This document shows positions 13,301 through 22,539 of a stretch of DNA of 64,000 nucleotides, piece after piece. The notes under the pieces were generated by a model. It saw nothing but the letters and a program-made list of their open reading frames with translations, made no database searches and was not told where the DNA came from. The stretch is from NCBI GenBank assembly GCA_964036045.1, contig OZ038378.1:20088001-20152000 (forward strand), read 5' to 3'. The translations under genes and the position numbers were made by a program. This stretch comes from Eutreptiella sp. 'Long Island Sound 2002'. Taxonomy: Eukaryota; Protista; Euglenida. How positions within the stretch are numbered: position 1 is the stretch's first letter; each line of letters opens with the position of its first letter.

Positions 13301-16300
13301 GCCCTTGTACACGCGTGCTCCTCTTATGTGTATTGTGCTACGCTGCTCCTCTGTGCGCCTCCGCCAACTCCATGTGCCTAGGTGTTGCACTATCTTGTGC
13401 TACTTTGGTGAGTGTTGTGCGGCTCTGTTCTGTTGTGCGCTTGTGCCGGCCCTGGCGTGCCCGGCGCTGTGTGCCCTGCTGCATCAACAAGGAATGGCGG
13501 CCACGGCTACACGGGCCACGGCCACACTCTTCTACGGGGGCCAAGTCCCGGTAATCTCCGAAGACTTGGATGCCACCACACACCCGTAGGCAGGGCGGGT
13601 TCCAAGCCTCCGGGGCCCACCAATGAGATTTGTGCGCAGGTCTCATCTTTGCGCCTTTTGTCGGTTATGTGTGCCTGGTGTTGCGCTGTCCTAGAATGCT
13701 CTAGTGTGTATTGTGCTGCTCTGTTCTATTGTGCGCCTTTGTCGCCCCTAGCGCGCCGCGATGCACTGTGTGCTATGCTCTGTGCTATGTAGTGTGCTAT
13801 GCTACACCAACAAAGAATGGCGACCATGGCTACACGGGCCAAGGCCACACTCTTCCATGGGGGCCAAGTCCCGGCAACCTCTGAAACACTTAGATGCCGC
13901 CACACACCCGTAGGCGGGGTAGGGTCCAAGCACCCGAGGCCGGCCATTGAGAATTGTGCGCATTGCTCTTCTCTTCTCGTCTCATGTGTTCGCCTCCATC
14001 AGCTCTCTGGGCCTGGGCGTTGCGCTGCCCTATGCTGTTGTGTGGCCCCTTGAGTTGGGGTTAGGAACTCACAATGCACGCTTTGTTGCGTGGCCCCTTG
14101 AGTTGGGGTTAGGGACTCGCAATCCACGCTTTGTTGCTTTGTTGCGTGGCCCCTTGAGTTGGGGTTAGGGACACTCAATCCACGCTTTGTTGCGTGACCC
14201 CTCGAGTTGGGGTTAGGGACTCGCAATCCACGCTTTGTTGTGTGGCCCCTTGAGCTGGGGTTAGGGACTCACAATCCTAGCTTTGTTGCGTGGCCCCTTG
14301 AGTTGGGGTTAGGGACACTCAATCCACGCTTTGTTGCATGGCCCCTCGAGTTGGGGTTAGGGACTCGCAATCCACGCTTTGTTGTGTGGCCCCTTGAGTT
14401 GGGGTTAGGGGCTCACAATCCACGCTTTGTTGCGTGGCCCCTTGAGTTGGGGTTAGGGACTCGCAATCCACGCTTTGTTGTAATGTGTGTTGCGCTACGC
14501 TATGCGTCTGAGCGTCACTCCGCTTTGCGATGCTCTGTATTGCTGTGTTGGGTGTGTGTCGCGTTGTGCTGTATGCTGTGCTGTTCTGCTCGCGTTGTTG
14601 TCGGCCGCCTGTGTGTGTGCGTTTTTGTGCTGCCCAACCCTAGTTTGTTCGATGTCTTGCATTGCTTTGGTGCGGGCCGCCCGGCATGGCCCCACTGCGC
14701 TTAGTGCTTCTGACTCCCTCGACGTGTCTCGGAGGCCGCCACGATTAAACGTGCTGGCCGATCAGTGGGCAACAGTCTGCCCGGCTGTGAGACAAGGATG
14801 TTCTCTCCTGGTAGGTCCCCGTCTATGTGCACCACCAGCTACCACTCCCCATGTGTGTAGCACACGCCATGCGGGTGGCAGCTACGCTATGGGGTGTACA
14901 CTCCGACGGCCACGATGCGCACCCGGACGACTGGCATCGTGAGCCCTGGGCATATGAAGTGCCAGCCCTACCCCCTGGTCATGCTGGGCTAATGTGTGTG
15001 GGCTAGCTGCCACTCGCGGGGCTGTACTATACTTGTGTACCGAGCTTCCATAAAGTCCACGGTCACATATGCAAAGCATCGCTGCATCGTCATCGTGTTT
15101 GGCTCCCCTGGCCTTTTGCCCTCTTGTTCGGGGCCGTGTGTTGCTGCTCCCCTATTGCCCTGGAGTACCTCCCGTTGTTGGAGCCTGGTGCCTCTTTGTA
15201 TGTCTGCATCGTGCCGTCTTCGCGCCTCTGTGTCTAACAGTCCGTCCTTGGCCTTCCCTATTTGTTTGAAAAGTCCCTCGGCCTTCTCTATGTGGGCTTT
15301 GAGCTGCTTGTATGCACGCTTGATTTCCTCCATGGTGGCCCCAGGGCACCGCACTCCCAACACCTTATACCAGTTCCCGGGCAGTGTGTTTGGCATGTCC
15401 GTGACTGGGTCCTTTCCTTTGGTGTGTGGGACCCTTGTCAGTTCGGTCCCCACCGGTTGGGGCTTGTGATTGGGCTGTGGACGGTGGGCCATGTTTGTTG
15501 TTGGTTTCCCCACCCGTACGACATTGGTTCTTTCGGCGCGGATTTCCCGTCCAAGTGTGTGATGTGGCCCCTGTGTCACGCGCACCTGCACCCTAAAGCC
15601 ATTGTGCCCAACCCCTACTGCCTCACATTTGTTGAATTCCATCTGCCGCAGCCCTTGCAAACGCACCGCCGAACCTTTTTAATGCCTGCGCTGCCCACCA
15701 CTGCTACCGCTGTGCATGCTGCCAATGCCAACATTGCCGCCTCAACGTGGGGGGGGTGTTGCCGATGGCGTCACCGGGGCCTTGTCATGCGTCTGCCCTC
15801 TTGGCGCCATTGTTTGCAGGCCACTAGCTTGCTCTTGACTGCCATTATTCGGGGCCAAGCTGCTAAACTAGTCGTGTGTGACTGCCACTGTTTTGCCTCC
15901 CTTCGCGTGGTCCAATTGCACTATAACCCGGCCATTCCCGTCCCCTTGGATGATTCCTTCTGCTCCATTCAGTTATGCCCTCTGCAGCCCTGTGAGCCAA
16001 ACTTTTCTTCCTGCTTGCCACCTGTCCTAGGCTGCCACTTGCTCTCGTTTTTGTTTCATTGCTGCTGCCCTTCGCTGTTTGGTGGCCTGATCGTGGCTGT
16101 TCTGCCACTTTTTGAACGTGTTCACGAGCACCTGCGGGAGGTTGCAGTCACATAATGCCGCCGTGTATTCACGGATGCACCATCGTGCACTATGCCTCCA
16201 CAGATACATTGCTTGGCGTTGCGCACGTACTTCCCGGCGGTATGCACGTCATCTCCACATATTAGGCACTCTACACGTCCTTTTCCGGGCGTTGTCCCCA

Positions 16301-19300
16301 CCGACATGGAGTCCGCCTTCCACGTGCGACATTGCGCACACAGCTACACTCCCAACTTTCCTCCATCTCCGCACTGCCTGTGGTTCCATGTACCACACCC
16401 ATAACATGTGTATCATGGTCCTACCCCTTGTGCAGCGCACAATGCCGCATTGTATCGCCTTGCTTCGTTATCGTCCGGCGTCGTCTCTAGTGTTTGGTGA
16501 GTCTGTTGAGTCCCCTGCCTATGGCCCTCGTCTTGTGCTTCCTCCCAGCCATCCTCTCTGATAACCCGCGCTAGCGTCTTTCCCTCCACTGTCCGGCCCC
16601 CCTGCGCAGCGACGAGCAGTGTTTCACCGTTGGACCAGGGGCTGGTCGTTGCACAAGGCGGTGTGTGTGTGTGTGTGTGTGTGTGACGCCCAATCATTTT
16701 CGAAATCTCAAAGTGTTCGCTATCATACACCACCTCTCTACAGCAATGTTCGGAGCGCGGCGATGTTTGGTCGTCCGCATCCCGCGGCCTTTCCTCCCTC
16801 TCGGCTCCACACAAAGAATGTATACAGTCTTTTTGTGCCCCCTACCGCGCCTTGCAGCCCCATCTGCCTGCTCCGTGCCCTACACAGGGGCCCCGTGGTG
16901 GGCGAGCCTGCCACAACACATGGCGATGGAGTGATCAGCATGGTGCTTGATTCTCACGAAAACAATGTCCTCTTGACCCGCTGCTTGCCCACCTGTTTGG
17001 GCCTGCAAAAGAAAACACCGGCGGCAGTGTGCCCTCCGCTCCGGGATTTGAACCAACGATCTATGGCGCGGCTGTCAAGTGCGTTTCCGATATGCTACTA
17101 CCCGATGTGGTTAGAAACTTGCCCCGAGAACCACTAGTATAAGAGTTTTGGGTTGTGCCTACACTCCATTTTATTTTGGTACATTGTCACGGAGGACCCG
17201 CAGGGGCTACACAGCGGCGTGCCCGCTGCCCCCGCTTCCGTTTGAAGAACTGTGGCGTGGAGTCACATGTGCTTCAGGTAAGCTCCTCCCTCTATGCATG
17301 GCTCACAGGAACAACTGTCTCTTGGTTGGCACAGGGGCCCCGTAGTGGGCGAGCCTGCCACAGCACATGGCGATGGAGCGACCGGCATGGTGCTTGAATC
17401 TAACAAAAACAATGTCCTCTTGACCCGCTGCTTGCCCACCTTTCGTTCCCGCTCCCCCCGCCCCCGGCGGTCTCGGGGGGCTGACCGGCGGCTCCTAGAA
17501 TGTTGCTCTGCTAGACGGCATCAGGTGCGACAAGTCCGTGTCGCAGCGTTGCCTGTGGGCTACCCTCTCTCCTGACGACGACCCTTGAGACAGGGGTGTG
17601 AGTATTCACACCTCTGAATACAAGAGGACTCTGGTGTCAGCATCTTGACGTTTGAGTATACCGATGATGGCAGCAGTGACTCTGGCGTTAGTGTTCTAAG
17701 GTTTGAATACAGCGACGCCTCTCGTGACAGGTCTAGTGACAACTTTCTCACCTTTGAATATATGGACAACACCTGATCCGACTCTGGAGTCAGTGTTCTG
17801 ACATTGGGGTACACTGATGACGCTGGAAGCAATTGTGGCGTTGCCGGGCCCTCCTGCAGGGAATCCTGCCGGCCCCCCAACTCTGGTTCCATCCGTTCGT
17901 GCATGTGTTCTGACACCGGCAGTAGGGTGGCCATGAGGCAACGGATACTGGGCTCGCATACGCCCCCGTGTCACAGGCGCATGGTCATCACCACACAGTT
18001 CAATGTTTTGCCTTGCTGCACTGCAGCGCTGACCAGTTCTGTACCACTCCAGGTGGCTGCTGATTGTGCTTTGGCCTTGGCCATCTGTACATTCGGGTCA
18101 GCTCGCACCCACCACCCTCCCACAGTGCCGGTTAGTTTCTTACCCTTGCTCTGCGGGTCTGCTGCGACCTCTTGCTCTCTGGCACGTAAAGACGTGTCAT
18201 GTTCGAACTTTGGGGGCGCAAAGGCGTTCCGATGTTTCACTATCAAACTGTTCAGTTCAATGTTTCAATAGGTGCCTGGCTGCACTGCAGCGCTGACCTA
18301 TTCAGTACCACTCCAGGTGGTTTGCGTTTGTACATTGGCTGCCTACATATCCGGGTCAGCTCGCACCCGCCACCCTCCCACAGTGCCGGTTAGTCTCTAA
18401 CTCTCGCTCTGTGGGTCTCCCCCCCCCCCTCTCTCTCTTTCTCTCTCTCTGGCCCTCCTCCCACTGTGACCCACTCTCTCTCTCTTTCTCTCGCATAAAG
18501 GGGTTTTCGGGATTCGGTGGGTCTCTATCCCCCTCGGGGTTCGAACCCTCCTCCACAGGACAGAAGAGGTGTGTTACACCCACTGAGCTACGAAGAGATG
18601 TTGTCCGCACTGTTGTTCTGGCAGTAGGGTGGGGGGGGGGGGGGGTTGTGCCAACCGGACCCCTATCCTTAGAATCTCTACCAGCTCTGCATATCGTTTG
18701 TGTGGTTGCCCGGAGTGCACCACCTTCCACTGCACTTGGTGCTCCCTGCAGTTGAGTAGCTCAAAGACCCTTTGTAGCACACTCACCCCTGGAATGGAGG
18801 ATCCATCCTGGTACACCCACCCTCCCCAATTCCACCTGTCTAGGTTCAAAGACATGTCCATGATCCCTTGCAGAGAGCAGCAGACAATTTGCAGGTGCAG
18901 TTCCGCCGGTACCACCATTAACACCCGCTGGACTGCCGTGTACTCTGCCTCTAGCGTTGACAGAGGCCCCTGATATAAAATTCTATTGCCTTCGGCAGTG
19001 CACCTCGAAGAGAGGTTGACAGTCAGCCAATCAGTCCCTGAGCCAGCAAGCAGGCAGTCAGACAGATACACACAGTTTGGGTTTTTTGTCAGTGGCAGAT
19101 GCGGCCCCAAGCAGCAGGGAGGCCATCCTCCGCAACCAAAGTGGTGGCCGAGTGGCAACACAGCCGACCGGCGTTCGTGTGGTCGGCGGTTCGAACCCCA
19201 GTCGCCCACTTCGGCGCCACCGCCAGCGGCGGCGCTAAAAGTCAGCAGATCAGGGTTCGAACCGACGTCTGCCAAACTGGTGTCGGCTGCGTTACCATTG

Positions 19301-20753
19301 GACCGCTGGCCGTGTTACCAACACCGTGCGTCCCCACTGCTTGTAGCCTATTAAGCAAAAACTTTTGACCCCCCCCCACCCCCCCAACCCCCCCCACCCC
19401 CCCCCTCAAAAAAGTGATATCCAGTTTTAGGGGGTAGAGGCCTCAAAATCAAAAAATCCATTGGGGGATGCTCTTATTGGGCAAAATAATGATTTTACAA
19501 GGGGTTGGACATCCAATATCATGCCTTGGGGTATGCTACGCGAATGACCCCAAAAAAGGGGGGTATATGACGCCCGCGCCTACGCTTGATCTAACAACCT
19601 CTCTTCGAGGTGATTTTCTGGTTATGCGGACGGTTGACCCCGAAAGTGGCTCCATATGCCGTCACATTTCCCTCTGTCACCACCGCCACCCAGGCTTTGA
19701 TCTGTGTGTGCGCTAGTTGTTCCGCTGGTCTCGAACCCGTGTGTGTGCGCCTCTTCTTTCCTGTCACCTTGCTGGGTGTCAAAGGGATCAGTCGGTACGC
19801 AGTCCCCTGCTGTATGGACAACCCTTGCACCTGGTCTCGCACCCTGAGGATATCCTTGATGCAGTCGCAGGTGGTTTGCACGACCTCCCTTGGGAGCGCC
19901 CCTTACGGCATTGCTTTCCACGTAAGCATGACAGAGAAGAATCGCTGAAGCACTGCCATCGGCACATCCGGCGGCCTCTCACTAAGCGCCTCGCACCTGA
20001 TCAGCCACTTGCATAGACTGCCGACCACACTAACCAGCCTTGGACCGTGGACACTGACGACTCTGTATAGTCTGTGCACATCCTTGACGGCTCGTGCCAG
20101 GCATTCTCGGATACATGCACCACCCATAGGCGCCTCACTAGGGCCAGGCTATCCTGCAAGAAGAAGCACTTCTTGAATACATGAGGATGATTTTCTAGCA
20201 CCCCACACAGTGGGCAGTCCACACTGCCCAGCACTTGAAAATTGTTCAGGCGTTGTGCTACAGGCAGTTTGCACCACAGGGCTGCCACCACAAATTCTTT
20301 CAGCCGAAACGGCACCTGCTGAGCTTGCACTTTTGCCCACACCGTTGGCGGTTGTCTCACTTCCATCTGGAGCCCTGTCCTGCACACTGTGAGCACTGCT
20401 GAGAGTTTCCATTCCGCACATCCCAGCAGAGCGCTCCACACCGGTTTGGGCTCTCGCCCATGTGCTGCATCAATGTACTGTACCAATAGTCGTGCATACA
20501 GTGACCTATACGATTGCAGGATTTGCTGGATCAGGTCCACCCGTAGCTGACCCGTTTCGGATACACAATCCCCCACCCGCTGTACACCCTTCGCCACCAG
20601 TCTTGGGCAGTAAAAGGTGCAGTACTGGTTTCCAGGCACCCGAGATTTTACGGGCTTGCGAAAGTAGGCCGAATGCCACAGCGGCACCTTCAACAGCGAC
20701 TCTTTCCCCAGACAGCCGCCTGGGCATCGTTTTGTAAACGCTGAATACACCAC

Positions 20754-20810
<57 letters not shown>

Positions 20811-22185
20811 CACCTGCTCAGCAAACAGTTCACACACCTGGGGCGGGCCCTTGAGCCTGGGCGGCTGCAGTGGGATCTTGGTTTGCGTTCAGGTGGGACT
20901 GGTTGCGGTCGGAGCTGGCAGCCTGGGACAAGATGACATGACGAGGGAGAGGACTGTTGGCCATGTCACGCAGCGCGGAGCACATGGCACGGCACGGGAC
21001 GAGGACAAACAGACGGCACGTAGTAAAACGGTGAGTGAAGTGATAAGTGCAGGTGTGGCTGCGTTTGACTGCGGCTGTGCCTAGGTGTGTGTTTGCGGCG
21101 GCTGTGGCGATGGCTGTGGCTGTGGTTGCGGCTTGGGCTCTTAGGCGACGGTGGCTGTCGCCTTCGCAGTTGGTGTGGACGTGGTTGTGTCTGCAGCCCC
21201 TGTGGTGGCGGTGGTTGCAGGGTGTGGCAGGGGTGCCACGCGGTGCGCCTGCGTGCAACAACGTGCACCTGCATCGGAGGAGGCGTGACCGACAACTCCT
21301 CCAGAAGCTGGTGGCCCTGAATCTGCACTGCAGCCGGCGGTGGCCCGCAAAACTGTCCACCGGTGGGCCGCCGATGAGCCGCCGAGCGATAGCAGCAGAC
21401 AACGCCCGCGCAGGCGACCACCAGCAGCACGCCGAGCCCAACGAGCAGAAACAAAAAAAGATTGTGGTGGCCATGGGGGCGGCCTTCCCCGTCTTCGTCA
21501 TCGTCAACGGATTCGGCCTCGTCCTCCTCGTCAGCGTCAGGGTCCTCCGTGGCCCATGTCGACAGCAGGGCTCGCGAATGCTTCAGAGGCTGGACTTGGA
21601 GAATCGCAGGCAGAGGCGTGATCTCAGGGGGCAGTTTCTTGTTGACGGTGTTCATACGAATGCTTTTGGGGCTGGTCAAAGGGCGTCGCCGAGGCTCGGC
21701 AGAAGAGTGGTAGCGTGACAGCGCGCGCTGCCTGCGGGGCATAAATGATCCCTGCCTTTTGTCCCTCGATGGCACCGCAGTGGGCGAGCCGTGCGACACC
21801 CACAGCGGCGTCCACCAGTCAACCGCATTGACGAAGGTCGAACATGCGGTTGCAACTGCGTTGCTGCAGCGAAGAAATGCATGGCGCAAGAAGCATGACC
21901 GAGCTTCTGGTCAAGAAGTTCACTTGCAAGCTGCACTACAACAAGGGCAAGCATGGGCATGGCCGTTGGACCGGGCCTCGTGCGGAGCATTTGTGTGTCA
22001 ATTTTCCGTCTACATCTGCGGGTTTGGACTGCCGTCACGCACTCGAGAGATCGACGAGGATGTGCCATCACATACCGAGTGGGAAACTCTTGCTTCTTGA
22101 GGAAATCTGCACAACCAGCCATTGTGAGCAATCCTACGAGGCTAATCATGAGGCACGCGGCGGTCCTTCCTTCGAAGACCGCCAT
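5248..22185 (-). CDS. Spliced gene, about 347 aa: signal peptide, extracellular/luminal region, TM helix, Pro-rich tail, C-terminal U-box (putative membrane E3 ubiquitin ligase). Exons 22185-22076, 21863-21269, 20922-20838, 10440-10361, 5421-5248
   Basis: All five exons have GT/AG borders with matching phases (2,0,1,0) and sum to 1044 nt. N-terminus [26 protein letters not shown]; [26 protein letters not shown] followed by RSAAHRR. Linking exons 1-3 to the U-box across a 10.4-kb intron is inference from phase and strand. The exon-2 donor (CAG|GTGCAC) is the best of several candidates. Confidence 0.6.
6568..6702. repeat. Compound (CA)n/(CGCA)n microsatellite at the PLE 3' flank
   Basis: Direct reading. 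Confidence 0.95.
7347..7426 (-). mobile_element. tRNA-derived SINE-like head within the PLE 3' region
   Basis: Box A-like GTCTAGTGGTA and box B GGTTCGAACCC; no credible anticodon arm. Confidence 0.55.
7659..10198 (-). pseudogene. PLE EN-RT polyprotein ORF in a single frame, interrupted by one in-frame TAG at 9132-9134
   Basis: Track ORFs 9132..10637 and 7659..9086 share a frame; the junction reads [24 protein letters not shown]. Confidence 0.85.
10197..10318. repeat. Compound (CA)n/(CG)n microsatellite at the PLE 5' flank
   Basis: Direct reading. Confidence 0.95.
10361..10440 (-). CDS. U-box domain, N-terminal half exon ([22 protein letters not shown])
   Basis: Matches the U-box consensus PxxFxCPITxxxMxDPV; acceptor tttcacag| and donor ATG|GTATTT. 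Confidence 0.85.
13480..13990. repeat. Diverged direct duplication (~160 bp core, ~320-bp period) in a GT-rich non-coding block
   Basis: CAACAA.GAATGGCG.CCA.GGCTACACGGGCCA.GGCCACACTCTT..GGGGGCCAAGTCCCGG occurs at ~13485 and ~13808. Confidence 0.85.
14044..14481. repeat. 48-bp minisatellite, 9 copies, each containing GGGGTTAGGG; partial 3-unit higher-order structure
   Basis: Unit starts at 14044, 14092, 14148, 14196, 14244, 14292, 14340, 14388 and 14436. Confidence 0.95.
14989..16450 (-). pseudogene. Decayed ORF: two PHD-like zinc fingers, a KOW/SH3-like module and a DnaJ-like domain lacking HPD; probably mobile-element cargo
   Basis: Hand translation across stops and frameshifts: [14 protein letters not shown]...LCAQC; CLICGDD...[11 protein letters not shown]...LCDC; [31 protein letters not shown]; [25 protein letters not shown]...[21 protein letters not shown]. 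Confidence 0.65.
16887..17440. repeat. ~110-bp direct repeat pair (16887-16995 and 17335-17440)
   Basis: GGGCCCCGT.GTGGGCGAGCCTGCCACA.CACATGGCGATGGAG...CCTCTTGACCCGCTGCTTGCCCACCT occurs twice. Confidence 0.85.
18003..18400. repeat. Diverged tandem duplication (~140 bp core)
   Basis: GCTGCACTGCAGCGCTGACC...GTACCACTCCAGGTGG...GGGTCAGCTCGCACCC.CCACCCTCCCACAGTGCCGGTTAGT occurs twice. Confidence 0.85.
18400..18596 (-). mobile_element. tRNA-derived SINE-like element with (GA)n tail
   Basis: Head 18596-18528 has TAGCTCAGTGG (box A) and GGTTCGAACCC (box B), followed by a short body and AG-rich tail. Confidence 0.6.
19140..19210 (+). other. tRNA-like sequence (degenerate cloverleaf), left member of a convergent pair
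   Basis: TGGCCGAGTGG box A, stem GCCGACC/GGTCGGC, GGTTCGAACCC box B. Confidence 0.6.
19241..19312 (-). other. tRNA-like sequence, right member of a convergent pair
   Basis: GGTCCAATGGTA box A, CAGCCGAC shared with the left member, GGTTCGAACCC box B. Confidence 0.6.
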
Positions 22186-22539
22186 ATGAGCTGGACTACA
22201 GAGCTGTCAAATGAAGACAGACGGCGTGGCGCAGAGGGAGAAAAGGACACAAACCATGCTCGACAGGTGAAATGAATGCAAGCACGCAACACTGCAGCAG
22301 CGTAGGGAGAGAGCTTGGGCGACTTAGACGAATCACATCAACTCACGTGGTGTGGTCCCTTATGCTAAGTCTTCACCCTAAGTCTTGAGAGTACAGCACT
22401 CACAAGCAAGGAAGAATGCTTGTCATGCAGCATGAGTGAAACCGCCACATTGCTCCTTGTACAGGATGAGTGAATCCATACCCAATCCCTGGGAATTCTA
22501 TTGCCTTCGGCAAGGCACCTCGAAGAGGGGAGAGGGACG

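Larger units (their letters stand above)
18981..19613 (-). mobile_element. 633-bp non-autonomous Helitron/Helentron-like element: 5'-TCACCTCGAAGAG ... CTCTTCGAGGTG, hairpin, TAGAA-3'
   Basis: An 18-bp asymmetric inverted repeat (19001-19018 vs 19595-19612) and terminal hairpin TTGCC-TTC-GGCA (18986-18997). Removing it restores the host RNase H frame (HNQK-ILYQG). Confidence 0.7.
18600..20756 (-). mobile_element. 5'-truncated, decayed L1-like non-LTR retrotransposon 3' part (zf-RVT followed by RNase H), interrupted at 18981-19613
   Basis: [32 protein letters not shown]...[19 protein letters not shown] is the L1-type zf-RVT. RNase H1-like [17 protein letters not shown] / LEAEYTAV / DRWNWGGW / VQWKVVHSG. 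Its 5' end abuts the (GT)n tract at 20757-20808. Confidence 0.8.

Noticed and set aside
14044-14481. True telomere or chromosome end
   Set aside because: Only one TTAGGG per 48-bp unit, located inside an intron.
14207-14704. ORF with repeated [15 protein letters not shown]
   Set aside because: Translation of the 48-bp minisatellite.
7347-19312. Functional tRNA genes at the four box A/box B sites
   Set aside because: Acceptor and anticodon arms are not canonical, so they are treated as tRNA-derived repeats; tRNAscan-SE would settle this.
21047-21718. Plus-strand 223-aa hydrophobic ORF
   Set aside because: Antisense shadow of the minus-strand exon, which has splice sites and a coherent TM topology.
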